In this document: positions 38,669-52,344 of the stretch, piece after piece | Layout of the letters: the number at the start of each line of letters is the position of its first letter | Position numbering within the stretch: position 1 is the first letter of the stretch | Assembly (NCBI RefSeq): GCF_006345805.1 | Contig: NW_021833726.1 | Span: forward strand, 1 to 64,000 | Reading direction: 5' to 3' | Source of the DNA: Octopus sinensis | Lineage: Eukaryota | DNA: 64,000 nt | Translations under genes and position numbers: made by a program | Notes under the pieces: model-generated | The model's database searches: none | The model's input: the letters and a program-made list of their open reading frames with translations, nothing else | Told to the model about the DNA's origin: nothing

Positions 38669-41186
38669 TGCCATTTCTTGAAGAGTTTCATGCAAATTTC
38701 TACGGCACCACCGTGTCTGGTTGCATATTCATGAGCTGTGTCTCTACGTTGTTGTGTCTAGTGTTATTTTGGCGTTTTGTTTGTCGTGTTTTGTTTATGT
38801 GCATTTTGAGTCATGTCATTTCGTTGAGTTGCGATTGTGTTTCGTAAACACTCTATCATTTCTGCTGACCGTGTGTGTTTGTGGACGAGTGTGTTACGTT
38901 TTATTATTGGATAGCAAGTGTATTAGAAATACTAGCTGTGTGGGTTGTAGATGCCACAATATCCAGCATCCATTGTGTCAGTGTATTTATTGTGCAAGTT
39001 TTGAAATTTTATCAGGAAACGGTTGTATAGGATATGTGTTCCCTGTGGGTGTATAGGGAATGTATATATTCTGTAGGGCATTATTGTTTCAGCAGGAGAA
39101 TAGATCAGAGACGTAAGTTTGAGGCGTTAAACATGACGCCCTGGTTGTGACCCAGCTGCAGCGTCTGGGCGGAAAATGAACCCAATAAGGGTTTTTGTGA
39201 AGTTTATAAGAAATACAAACGTATAATGGTTAGAACTTATTTGCAGGGACTATGGCAACTTTTATGGCAAGTTTTCCATAAAAACAAAATTAGAATTACA
39301 TAACTTTACGGAGAAAGATATTCATGACTACTTGAATATACTCATCTTAAAAATGACATTAAAAGCGCTGCTTTAATTACCAATACTTAAGTTATCTCTC
39401 GTTATGGAAGTTACATCTATGTTAAATACCATATGCTAAAATGATTGAACATATCATCTGATAATATATACTTGATGCAAAACAAAATAGCAGAACGTCA
39501 ACAATTTATTGCCCACCACGACGCGATCTTCGTGAAATACTACTTACCCATACGGTATGGGATAGAGGGCAACATTCTACAATGAAATAAAATGTGAGTT
39601 TATTGAGAATGACTGGTTTGGGGAATGTTCGTGGTGCACGAAAAAAAAAGATAAACGAACTAAAACTCAACTAGCCAGATATTGCTGGCCATGAAATTAA
39701 CTAAAACATCGTTCCCTCCCGTGAATGTCAACGGATCGTTTAAAGTCATTGTGATCTGTATGCGTGTACGAAACTACACTTACATATATGTTTGTGAGTT
39801 TGAATCGGAAATACATTTGGAATGCATTTGATCAATGCATGTTCCGTTAAAGCTGAATGTATTCGGATTAAGTACACTGTCAAAAGGTCTTATTAAGTAT
39901 CTTTATGCCAAACTTAACACACTTGTGTTAATGGATTCAGGAGAGCATTAGATTTGTAATCGTTAACCTATTAAACAGCTACATAAAACAGTTTAAAGCA
40001 CATCCGATAAGAAACACACGCTCGAAGATATAATTATTATATTCCTATATTAGATTAAATTTCACTGACATACCTAGGACTAAACCAAATGATCAAAATT
40101 GCTTTCTGTAGCGTTTTTGGATTATTTCTAAAGTCTGATTTGTACATCTCCCTTAGTTTTCTATCAGTCAATATCGTAATCATCATCACAAGGCTCTTAG
40201 TATATTATGTTTTGGAGGCATACAATGTCAGAATATTCGAATTTAATTAACTCTGTATAAAAAGACATTCTTAAGTATGCTCTAAAATAATTTTAGAGTT
40301 ATAATCCCTTGAACACTGGTTCTCAGACGCAAGGCACTTGGCTCCCAAGGAAGAAACAACAAGGGGAGGATGTACCGTGAGCGCGATATTTCCCTTTGTT
40401 TCGTTTTGTATTTTTCCATTATCGTCCGCTTTTCAATCCGTTCATTTTTCGTGCATGCTTGTCTAATGTCTGATTGTTTCCATACTGAGGATTATGGGTA
40501 GGTGTTGAAATTGTAATCACATTTCATCGAAAACAGATGAGAAATTTGAACGTGTTGGCGTTCGTTCGAATTGTTTCCACTTTTTCTGCAAATTTTCGGA
40601 GGTATTTTTTCATTACTTCTTATTTGCTTAAAGCTTGAGAAATTATCCTCATGTTTATACGATACTCGATAACTGGTTATTATAAATTGCCGAATAGAAA
40701 CTTGAACATGACAGTCTGGCCATAAATGCCGATACCACCTGTATATATTCCGATATAGGAATTCGGAATCATAGGAATTAAATCAAATCGAAGTTTTGTT
40801 TTGCGAAGATTTTATATTTTACTCTTTGATGATGTTTAATAAAAAGAAAAAGAATCTTCTTAGCAACAGATTGGAGCATTGTATCAAGTGGGAGATATAC
40901 AATTTGCTGAAATAAGAAATTACCATTTCAACTTATTACAATTAATAAAGAAAATTAATTTCACGAATTGTTCAATAATTTACAATTAAAAGTATATTGA
41001 TGAAGAATTAAAATATGATAATTAAAAACTGGACAGAAAGTGAAGAAACCTGGGATCAGAAAAGGATGACTATTACCCCAATACTCAGAACCTCTGCCCT
41101 AAAGATAATTAATTCTATATTTCTTATGCAGAATAAATAATCCGCTTGTTTATGGTTGTTTATGGAATTTTTTTCAAACAACACAA

Positions 41187-42069
41187 TATGAGGAGGTACC
41201 CCAAATCAACCGGAAATGTTCTCTGTGGGACAAGCCAGTTGTAGTTCAGGCTTCCGCCGCTACATCCCACTTGATGCAACCCTCTGGCACCGTCTGCCGA
41301 CCGGCGTTGTCGGCTGGAGTCCTACTGTCACGTGGTGCGTCTGTACTTCTCTCATATTCGTCGATTTTTGTGATGGTTGAAATGGAGTAGTAGTTGCTTC
41401 TGTGAAATTCTGTTTTCTGCTGAGGAAAACGGTAGCTGAAACAGTTGTCATGCTCCTAACAACTAACAAGGATGCTGCCATGAGCAAAACACAAGTTTAT
41501 GCGTGGTTTTCACACTTTAGGAATGGTCACTTGTCAGTTGAAGACCAACTTTGTTCAACGTGTCTGTCGACTTCCTGAACGAATAAAAACATCATGGAAA
41601 TTCATGAAGTGATCTTGGAGGACCATCACCGAACAATTGACGAACTTGTTGATATGACTGATGTGTCTTGGAGCTCCTGCCAATGAATTTTGAGCGAGGA
41701 ATTGCAAATGAAAAGAGTTGCAGCAAAATGTGTGCCTTGCTTGCTCACAGAAGATCAAAAGCAATCATGAGTGTATTGTGAACTGAAAGAACAGTTAGAA
41801 GTTGATGCAGACCTTTTTCAAAGGTCATCGCTGGTGATGAAAGCTGGTGCTACGGAATATGCAGATGTGGAAGAGGTGAAGAAAAAAATGACGGAGGCGT
41901 TAAAAGGCGCAAGAGTTCCGGTAATGCTTCGAACAGTGGCAAACATGCCTGGACTGATGCATTGCTTCAAATGAAGACTACTTTGAAGGCGATAAAAGTG
42001 TAAACGTGTAAAACTAAGGGAATAAAATTATATTGCAAAATTCCAGTTTCTTTTGGGTACCCAGTCGTA
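41187..42069 (+). mobile_element. Internally deleted mariner element with both TIRs
   Basis: TIRs TATGAGGAGGTACCCCAAATCAACCGGAA and TTCCAGTTTCTTTTGGGTACCCAGTCGTA; KFCFLLRKTVAET..VYAWFSHFRNG, KRVAAKCVPCLL, IAGDESWCYG joined to YADVEEVKKK. Confidence 0.9.
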
Positions 42070-43612
42070 ATGCTAAGGAAAGCAGTTGAATAACATAAGA
42101 ATTCCATTGAAAATTTACTCCTTACAAAACTGCAAATGTAAAACGGTTCTTCAGTAACCACAGGATCCTAACATTATATAGATAAACATACTCCAATATA
42201 TGCCTGTATATATGCATATGTACATACAAATACACACACACAAATACATACTCACACACTCATTCATATATATATATATATATATAAATATGCGTATACA
42301 CACATATTTTATTTATATTTTATATACCTGTTTATATATATATATATGCAATTGCCAGGTAATATTACGTTTGATGACGTGAGAAAATAGCTACATACAA
42401 ATGGTGCTCAGATTGAGTTCCTGTCTAAACTCTAGCTTAAACTGTAACTATAAATGCAGGAATATTATTGTTGCCTAATGAAGATTTGTCATAAGCCGGT
42501 TCCAGTCGTACTGGTACAGTGTATAATAGACTGAATTTCTAAACAGGTAAACCGCTGGCGTCAGGTAAAATGATGTAACATAAGAGCAGAAATGAATGTC
42601 ACAAATGTTTAGAGCATGAGATCAATCAAAGATCAGTTGGGGAATGCTCATAATGATTGTAGAATATATGTTCTGGTATGTTCCTGGAACAGTAAATCTG
42701 TATTATTGATATTAGATAATAGGTTAGACGAAATCAAGAAATAAGATGTGAAGGAATTCCCTTACAGCTGTTTCTAGAATTGATGCACAATTGGTACAGT
42801 TCTCTGTAAGCAGTCCGCACTCAACTTTAAAGTGTCAATTTATTCTATTTTCGAATGAGAAGATGGAAGAATTGGATTCTACTTATAATGACCTGCTTTA
42901 ACCTATTATCTAATATCAATAATACAAACTTACCTTATAACAGTTCCGGGAAAATACCAGTGCATAACACAAACATTATGAACATTCTTCAACTAACCTT
43001 TTATTGATTCAATTCGCCCCTCAAGTTTTGTCAGTATACAAATACATGAATGTTATAATCTGATACGAAACTAGTTGTTTGGCTTTCGATATCTTTATTC
43101 TATTTGTATGTACATACTTGTCCATGCATGTGTATTCAGAGTGATTCAGAAGTAAGTTCAGCAATTAAATGGTGAGCAAATTTTAATTTTCATTTGTAGC
43201 AATTTTGGTTCTATATATTTTAAATACTGTCTTTACTATTTTGCTTACGACACATTTTAGAAAGAGGATGAGAGAATAGTCCTAGGCCTAAAATGGCAAA
43301 ACATAGTGGTTATTCTGTTCAGTTGTCTTTGTGTATCTAGTTCAACTACACGCGGTAGCAGAGGGGGTTGCAAATTAGCTGTCCTGGAATCCCTGAATGC
43401 CGGCAGTCGGGCGTGGTTGGGAGTGTACTGGGAAAGTGGATGTCGGCTGTAGCGAGGAGATGAGACGTGTAGGAAGAATAAAGAGGAAGACAGACGAGGC
43501 GCGTATCAATAAATTCGACTGATCTCAAGTAAATTCAGGCATTGGCCGGTTTGTATTAATGTTAAACTTTTGAGTCACCCTGTGTATACATACATACATA
43601 CATACATACATA

Positions 43613-43665
<53 letters not shown>

Positions 43666-44819
43666 AACACGCACACATACATGCACAGATACATATATAC
43701 ATACACACGCACGTGTGCACACACACACACACAAACATATCGACGATTTCCTACTTCAACACCTTCATTGGTGCATGTGTGTGTGTGTGTATGCGCAAAA
43801 GAGACACGCTCGCGAAGGTACGAACATACAGCTGCAGCTATTCAGCCACACAATGGACAACGCAATCAATAAAGTCTTAAACGCAACACCCAACCAACAC
43901 CACACACACCTACGTCCATCGCACAACTTAGGTACTCAAATATGCTTCAATGAGGTCCATTTGAAAATGTTCTTTCACTTAAAACCAAACTAAAACCGAT
44001 AAGCCCCATATGTATAATTAGAAAATTTCATTTCCTATAATGTTCAATCTTCGGAAACTGATTCTCTGTCATAATATATCTTTCAATATCATATTTATAA
44101 TAACCAGCAATATAACGAAAAGTTCACTTCAGAAAACCTTTCTGTAACCATAGGAAAACTAATACATGTGCTGTGTACATTAATCCAACGAACCGTTTTA
44201 ATGTATGAACAATTGAACATTTATCTGGTCAATACACGCTCCGGTGATGTACATAACACCTATACATATATTTATATACACGTATGTACACATATACACG
44301 AGTATAACGTGATTTTTCTGAATCGCTTAACTATATTCCATATTTATCACGCAGAGTAATGTCCAGTTCTAGATACATCAACTGTTTGTTACGCATTTAG
44401 TGGCATTATGTGTCAGATTAAGATCAGTCGGAATGTGTTGCATTCGAACGCATATATGTTTCAAATATCCTGCAGTTGGGTTCCTTTTTCTAATTTTACC
44501 ACACAGCTGAATTCTCTCGAGGAAGCTTAATAAAGACAACAGTGAAATACGAGTAATTTACGATCAATTTTGCTCAAACTTTCGAAACAACGATACGTCA
44601 GGAATCTACGTTGTGCTCACGAGCCGTGCAAGGAAGTCGTGAGTTCAGATTGTAGAATCAGTACCTGGGCTACTGCGTACAAATGAGGTAAACTGAGTCT
44701 GTGATTTAACAAAATTTACAGTCCTAAGTAGTCTAACCTAGCAATTCGTGATAGTCTGTTTCAAACTGTATCTGTCAGAGTGTGTTGTATTCAACATAAA
44801 TGTAGAATACTGCACTCTC

Positions 44820-45040
44820 TCCTCTAACCTCTCCCTCTCCTCTCACCTCCCTCTCTCATCACACCTCTCTCTCTCCTCTCTCATCTCACTCTCTCCTATC
44901 ACCTCTCTCTCCTCTCATCTCTCTCTCTCCTCTTACCTCTCTCTCTCCTCTTACCTCTCTCTCTCCTCTTACCTCTCTCTCTCCTCTTACCTCTCTCTCC
45001 CCTCTCACCTCGCTTTCTCTCTCTCTTGCTCTCTCTCTTT
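44820..45040. repeat. CT-rich tract with ~18-bp CTCTCTCTCCTCTTACCT subunits
   Basis: Directly visible, about 4 subunits at 44920-44995. Confidence 0.85.
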
Positions 45041-45403
45041 AAACACACACACGCAAACACACGTACACGATCATACACACTCACACTCATGTAAAGCCAT
45101 TTGGCAGATTCGGATAGATTGCATCGCTTTATTCATCCCACTTCATTGCACTCTGAGTTCAAAATACAACCGAGAACAACTTTGCTTTTAAACCTTTCCG
45201 AAACAATAAAGTAACATTTGATGACCCAGCGTGTTTCTTACCTTTCTGATTCTCTCACCAATGCTGGAAGGAATTGGCAGTATTCAAATCCAGGAAGAAC
45301 TGACCACCGCCCCAGAATCCAATCCCCTCTCTAGATATGCCATGTATCAAGACGTGATAGCGGACCAACGCTTCCATCTGGAACTGAGGAGATATGACAT
45401 GCC

Positions 45404-45404
<1 letters not shown>

Positions 45405-45434
<30 letters not shown>

Positions 45435-45632
45435 CATACATACATACATACAAACATACAAACATACAAACATACAAACATACATACATGCATACATACA
45501 TACATACATACATGCATACATATATACATGCATACATACATACATACATACATACATGCATGCATGCATACATACATATATACATACATACATGCATACA
45601 TACATACATACATACATACATACATACATACA

Positions 45633-45665
<33 letters not shown>

Positions 45666-46530
45666 GCATGCATACATACATACATACAAACATACAAACA
45701 TACATACATACATACATACATACATACATACATACATACACACTCACAAATACATACATACATACATACATGAACATACATACATACATACATACACACT
45801 CACAAATACATACACACACATACATAAATACATACATACATACATAAATACATATATACATACATACATACACACATACATACATACGTACATACACACG
45901 CACATATGTACATACATACATACATACATATGTACGTACATACATACATATATACATAAATACATACATACACAAATACATACATACATACATAATACAT
46001 ACATACATACACAAATACATAATACATACATACATACATACACACATACATACATACATACATACATGCACATACATACATACATACATACATACACAAA
46101 TACATACATACATACATACATACATACATACACATACATACATACATACATACATACATACATACATACATACATACATACATACATACATACATAAATA
46201 CATACACACACATACATACATACATACATACATACATACATACATACATACATACATACATACATACATACATACATACATACATACATAAATACATACA
46301 CATACATACATACATACACATACATACATACATACATACATACATACATACACATACATACATACATACATACATACATACATACATACATACATACATA
46401 CATAAATACATACATACATGCACATACACACATACATACACACACACATACATAAATACATACATACACACATACATACATACATACATACATAAATACA
46501 TACATACATACATACATACATACATACATA
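45405..46530. repeat. ~1.1-kb imperfect (CATA)n array, resuming at 46630-47000
   Basis: Directly visible; source of the MYVC/YIHT ORFs. Confidence 0.98.
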
Positions 46531-48314
46531 CTCTGTTTTTGATGTTGAAATTCCAATGAAGGGGCCTTGGATCTAGATTAGGCAGTGATTCTCTCTGTTA
46601 GCAAGAAATTTTGAAATAAACCTGAACAATGACATATATACACCGGAATAAACACACAGGCATATACATACATACCCATACATACACACAAACATACATA
46701 CATACACACATACATATACATAAACACAAACAAACATACATACAAGCATACAAGCATACAAACATACATATATACACTCATATGCATACGTCTATGCATG
46801 CGGGCATACATACATACGTATAAATACATATATGCATACACACATACCTACATACATGCATACATACATACAAGCACACATACATACGTACATACATACA
46901 CACATATATATGCATTTATATACATACACATACATACAAACTTATCCATACACACTCACGTACACACTTATCCATACACACACATACACATACGTACAAA
47001 GAAGCGAAAGAGCGTTCATGTATAATTACAAGGTGTGCGTAATACAAAATGTCGGGTAGTAAGAAATGAACTGAAGTCCAAATTTCGATGATGGCATTGT
47101 TGGTCTTATCTGTAACATGATTGGGTAGCTGTGGATTAACAACGTCCATACATTTGAAAGTAAACTCGTGATCTGACTGGTTGTTGAAAAGCTGCACAAT
47201 TATTATTGCTATAAAATGTAGTTACGAATAAAAAAAAAGAGAAGAAAAAATAAAATAAGCAAATGACAATAGAAAGATTGGAAAATAAAAAGTAAAACAT
47301 GAAGAAATTAGAGGAAAGATAAAAAAAAAAAACACCCATTAGGACACGAAAGAAACTCTTGGAGTTTTCATGCAGTGAATTGACTAGCAAGCTCGTTTGC
47401 TATGTTGCACTGGGGAAACAGAATTGATTTCCTTCTTTCAAGATGTTGCATGAACACAATTGATGATGGATAACTAATCAAGGAACGCTATTAATCCTCT
47501 CAAATATGAAACTTTGTTAAACTTCAATATTTAGTTGTTTGGAAAACATGCAAACTTAAACCAAAAAATATATAATCATGCAACTGACCCCGTCTCTCTG
47601 AAATCACAGGTCATCTACCAACATTCATTATTGCTATTTTCTTAATTTTTACTGTGAAATTATTATTATCAAGTTTCTAAGTGTAGTACAGTTAGTAACG
47701 CACTGAGCAGAAATTAGTTTCGCTGGTTAAAGACCAAAAGTAAATCTTGCTATTTAGCTGCGATCTTGGATTTTATCCCGCCGTTGGTCAGCAACAAATA
47801 TTTACTATATTCAGTTTAATATACTAAAGTTGCTCCAACACATCATGTATGTCGGTATGTGTGTGTGTGTGTGTACAAATTATAAGTAAACAGAAACTCA
47901 GACTCGGTCAACGGGTCACCAACTGACCGGGCTGCACCAAAATTCATGTAGCCTAGTTGGCAAAGACGACAATGACGGTCCTTTTTTCGCTTAGTATATG
48001 CTATACAATATATATATATATAGTATATGCTATATATATACTATATATTATATAATTTAGTATATACTATATAATTTAGTATATACTATGTAGTATTAAA
48101 AGGTAAAATTCTAGAAGTATGATATATATACAGTACACACACATTTTCTATTATCTAAAAATGTTGCTTTTTCCGAAAACGAAAAGATAGTTTCACCATT
48201 CCATAGTAAAACCATCGTACTACACTTTGACCTCTGATATCCTGACATCTGAAGCAGCTAGAGATACGATCGTTTCAATTGACCCAAACACACACAACCT
48301 CATATATATGTATA

Positions 48315-48372
<58 letters not shown>

Positions 48373-48380
<8 letters not shown>

Positions 48381-48544
48381 AGAAAATGGAGAAATAGGTT
48401 TCTATCAATCATTAAATACTAGATAAAACCAATTCTTATAATTTATTAACTGACTTTATATAAAACAGTTAATAAATTATATGAATTGGTTTATCTAGTA
48501 GCTGATGATTGATAGAAATCTATTCTCCATTTTCTTATTTTGTA
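48373..48544. repeat. ~80-bp-arm hairpin abutting (TA)n
   Basis: Arms 48373-48452 and 48466-48544 are reverse complements with several mismatches. Confidence 0.85.
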
Positions 48545-48716
48545 TTATGAATTTGAGGTAAAACATTTTACCTTCGCCCATATAATACAATAAATGAATT
48601 TATTGCATTGCAATTTTTAGCATTTATGTATTAGCCTCTCTGGGTACTTTACTGGCAGTATATTGGATAAATCATATCCCATAGTGGGTTACACTCATAA
48701 CCCCTATCTCACTTGG

Positions 48717-48809
<93 letters not shown>

Positions 48810-48914
48810 CGTTGTTATTATGTTAAACTGTCGTATTTTCAAATTGGCCAAATGCATTATTTTCAATATTCATTTTTCCTTGCAATAGCCGGTTCATTTG
48901 GTCAAACTATATGG

Positions 48915-48968
<54 letters not shown>

Positions 48969-49444
48969 AATTTTGCAATTAAGGACAACTACTTAATAAG
49001 GAAAACTTAACAAGAAATTGTCAGGTAGATAGCGTAAAAAACCTCAGAGAGAAAAAATTTCGAAAATAATTTTCTTATTGAACATATTAATTTATATATA
49101 GAGGGCATAATTATACATACATGCCAGGAGGCATTATATATACTGCCAAACGCTAAGAGGACAATCAGTCATTTCTACCAAAAATATTACTAATCCCACC
49201 TCTCTTATGAGGTTTTTACGCTATCTACCTGACAATTTCTTGTTAAGTTTCCCTATTAAGTAGTTGTCCTTAATTGCAAAATTTTATTCCGAAAAAACTT
49301 TCCTCTCCCGAAATGCAATTTTGTAAAAGTTTGCCATTCACCCGATGTAATATATATAAACTCACCCATGTGCTTCGTTGATGTTGATCAGTTAGCTGTT
49401 CGGCTTAAGCGAGGCAGGGTCGTTGTTTATTTATAATACATTCA

Positions 49445-49490
49445 GGCTGCTGATGATTACGTAAGTATGAAATCACTGTGATACAGGCCT
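49445..49490 (+). ncRNA. Type I hammerhead ribozyme, unit 1
   Basis: GGCTG-CTGATGA(49450)-T TAC GTAA GTA T-GAAA-TCAC T GTGA-TA-CAGGCC; predicted cut after 49483. Confidence 0.75.
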
Positions 49491-49922
49491 ATATATTTTT
49501 AAATGTCTTACTTTGAAAAATTGCATTCGGTGGGATTAGTAATATTTTGGGGTAGAAATGACTGATTGTCCCTCTTAGCGTTTGGCAGGTATATAATTCC
49601 TCCTGGCATGTATGTATAATTATGCCCTCTATATATAAATTAATATGTTCAATAAGAATAATTATTTTCGAAATTTTTTCTCTTATGAGGTTTTTACGCT
49701 ATCTACTGACAATTTCTTGTTAAGTTTTCCTTATTAAGTAGTTGTCCTTAATTGCAAAATTTTATTCCGAAAAAACTTTCCTCTCCCGAAATGCAATTTT
49801 GTAAAAGTTTGCCATTCACCCGGATGTAATATATATAAACTCACCCATGTGCTTCGTTGATGTTGATCAGTTAGCTGTTCGGCTTAAGCGAGGCAGGGTC
49901 GTTGTTTATTTATAATACATTC

Positions 49923-49969
49923 AGGCCTGCTGATGATACGTAAGTATGAAATCACTGTGATACAGGCCT
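49923..49969 (+). ncRNA. Type I hammerhead ribozyme, unit 2
   Basis: AGGCCTG-CTGATGA(49930)-TAC GTAA GTA T-GAAA-TCAC T GTGA-TA-CAGGCCT; 7-bp stem I; predicted cut after 49962. Confidence 0.78.
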
Positions 49970-50229
49970 ATATATTTTTAAATGTCTTACTTTGAAAAAT
50001 TGCATTCGGTGGGATTAGTAATATTTTTGGTAGAAATGACTGATTGTCCCTCTTAGCGTTTGGCAGGTATATATAATGCCTCCTGGCATGTATGTATAAT
50101 TATGCCCTCTATATATAAATATATATATATATATATATAAATATATACACACACATATATGTATAGTAGAAAGATGAATAAACAAGACAACACGGAGGAA
50201 GAAAACAATCGCCACAATCCTTTCTCTAT

Positions 50230-50405
50230 TACAAGCTCACGTGATGAAATTTGGTGGGAGTGGTGCTGGTCGATTACATCAACTGGTATTTCTTTCATCG
50301 ACTCAAAATGGATGAAAGACAAAGTTGACTTCAGCGAAATTTGAACTTAGAAGACAAAGTCGGAAAAAAACCGTGTGTCCGGCGTGCCAACGATTCCGGA
50401 GGCCT
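50230..50405 (-). mobile_element. CORE-type SINE
   Basis: Reverse complement of core and head. Confidence 0.7.
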
Positions 50406-50475
50406 TAATAAATGACATATGACATAATATATTATGACATTCTATTCTCTTATATTATATTACAATTGTCACCCA

Positions 50476-50610
50476 TTCCGCCGAGCTCGACTTAGACTTT
50501 CATCCTTTCGGAGTCGATAAAATAAGTACCAGTTGTGCAATGGCAGCGACTTAATCAAGTTACCCCTTCCTGAAATTGCAGGCCTTGTGCCAAAATTTAA
50601 GACCAATATT
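50476..50610 (+). mobile_element. CORE-type SINE 3' part
   Basis: CATCCTTTCGGAGTCGATAAAATAAGTACCAG..GGCCTTGTGCCAAAATTTAAGACCAATATT. Confidence 0.8.
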
Positions 50611-50699
50611 CATATGTCATCCGATCGAGAGGAATGAAATCGTTCACCAATGCACTCTGAACTCTCATCCACCGATGCACCGTATCACAAGCCTGTCTT

Positions 50700-50799
50700 T
50701 TCTACTACTACTACAACCACTATAGCTAATTCCGCTGCTGCTGCTAGTGCCATTACTACTACTACTACTACTACTACTACTATACTACTACTACTACTA

Positions 50800-50835
<36 letters not shown>
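50700..50835. repeat. (ACT)n/(GCT)n microsatellite
   Basis: Directly visible. Confidence 0.92.
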
Positions 50836-51459
50836 AGTAGTAAAAACAACAGCGGTCTCTTCTTTTAGAACACATGATTCCTAAGCCACTTCAGCACAGT
50901 ATCCTCTAATCCCTCGTCTCTCCTCTTCGCGACACCCATATCACTTCACCCATTGCATATCTGTCCATCACTACACTCCGGCAATCCTCCACTGTCCGAC
51001 CTCTATCCTGCCTGGGACGTTTTTTTTTTTCTGCAGTCATCAACTTGCAGCTGTTCAAAGGTAACTTTCAACCGCTTAGGTATCGCCTTTCTCAGAATGC
51101 CCTTCTCGCAGACAGCTAACCAATAAAATGTTTCCAGGGCATTTCCAAGTGTGCAGATGTATTATGCTTTCATTTTATTATCTCTTACAAAATGCAAATA
51201 TATGGGGGGAAATGACAAAAATGATAAAAATGGCAAAAGCAGAACGCTGTAGACTTTTCAATACATGTTTAAAAGAAAAGCTTGCTATGTATTTATGTAA
51301 CGTAATGTAATGTAGTGTATGCATGTATGTATGTGTGTATGGATGGATGGATGGATGGTTTGATGGATGGATGGATGGGTGAATCTCTTCTCTTTCTAAA
51401 TTATTGAAATTGTTCCTGAGGAAGGAGCTGGTTTCTAAAAATAGAATGTAGATAATGAA

Positions 51460-52075
51460 AATAATGTCACATTTTGAACTTGAGAAAAGTCTTGCATAGT
51501 CTTACTGTTCTGCTTACACATAGTATTTGTAATGTGTGAGTTGGTTTGTTGATGTCTTTTTCTGAAAATCCAAGCTTATCCAGACTTACAGTTTGGCATT
51601 TACTTACAAAACCAAGTGTTCCAATTATTATTGGTATAAATATAAATTTGTGATCCGGATATAGAAGCTGAAGGTTTCGAAGCAGTTGTCCATAATTATC
51701 TCTTTTCTCTTTGGTTTTCAAAGAGGTTTTCACAGCAGCAGGACCGCTGACCTTTATGGCGGTACATGCTTTTTCTTGTCTGTCCCACAATAACCAGCTT
51801 GTTATCCTTACACTTGACATATGTTTTGATGAGAATGTTCGACCAGTATTCCTTGTGCTGATAGATGTGTACGTATTCAACAACAGACGGATTCTCTATA
51901 TCTATTCCAGAACAGTCTTTTACCCAAATGTCATTGTATATTGTTTTTGCGACAGCGTCATGTCGCATAGGGAGGTGGTACCTCGATGGCATTTTTGGAC
52001 AGCTGCTAATCACACGTGTTATGTCTTACACAGAAATATGACAGAATCTACATTTACGGTTGTATCTTGGAACTC
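51460..52075 (-). mobile_element. RLE-type non-LTR retrotransposon 3' end (family distinct from the Dong copies)
   Basis: ISSCPKMPSRYHLPMRHDAVAKTIY (end of the CCHC region), IKVSGP..KEKRDNYGQLLRNL..FIPIIIGTLG. Confidence 0.8.
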
Positions 52076-52344
52076 CAAGGACTTCATTGTTTCTTTTCTT
52101 TATGTATGTATGTATGCATTTATGTATGTTTGTATAAATGCATGTATGCATATATGTATATATGCATATGTACCTGTATCTATATTTCTAACTATTTATC
52201 GATCAACCGTTCTATCAATTAACGCACACGCACGTATATATATATATATTATATATATATTATATATATAATATATATGTAGGTCCCGGGTTGAGTCGGG
52301 GTTAACCACAGTAAATAAGGTACTCAATACATAGCAGAGTAAAT

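Larger units (their letters stand above)
48969..50120 (+). mobile_element. Retrozyme/pseudo-LTR-like array: inverted partial unit plus ~1.9 tandem 478-bp units, (TA)n-flanked
   Basis: Units start at 49201 and 49679; 48969-49200 is the reverse complement of about 49529-49762. Confidence 0.8.

Noticed and set aside
43332-43508. GC-rich LTR-like segment with AATAAA, followed by a Tc1-like end (TTTTGAGTCACCCTG) at about 43567-43582
   Set aside because: No matching termini or TSD and no partner TIR found; left unassigned.
45231-46556. Long ORFs (up to 396 aa) of MYVC/YIHT repeats, and similar poly-I/K/N/Y/T/P ORFs across the window
   Set aside because: They are translations of (CATA)n, (TA)n, (AAT)n and (CAC)n microsatellites, open in several frames on both strands; not genes.
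46916-47200. Candidate minus-strand exon (QLFNNQSDHEFTFK..VTDKTNNAIIEIW)
   Set aside because: No recognisable family, no clear donor site, and no partner exons.
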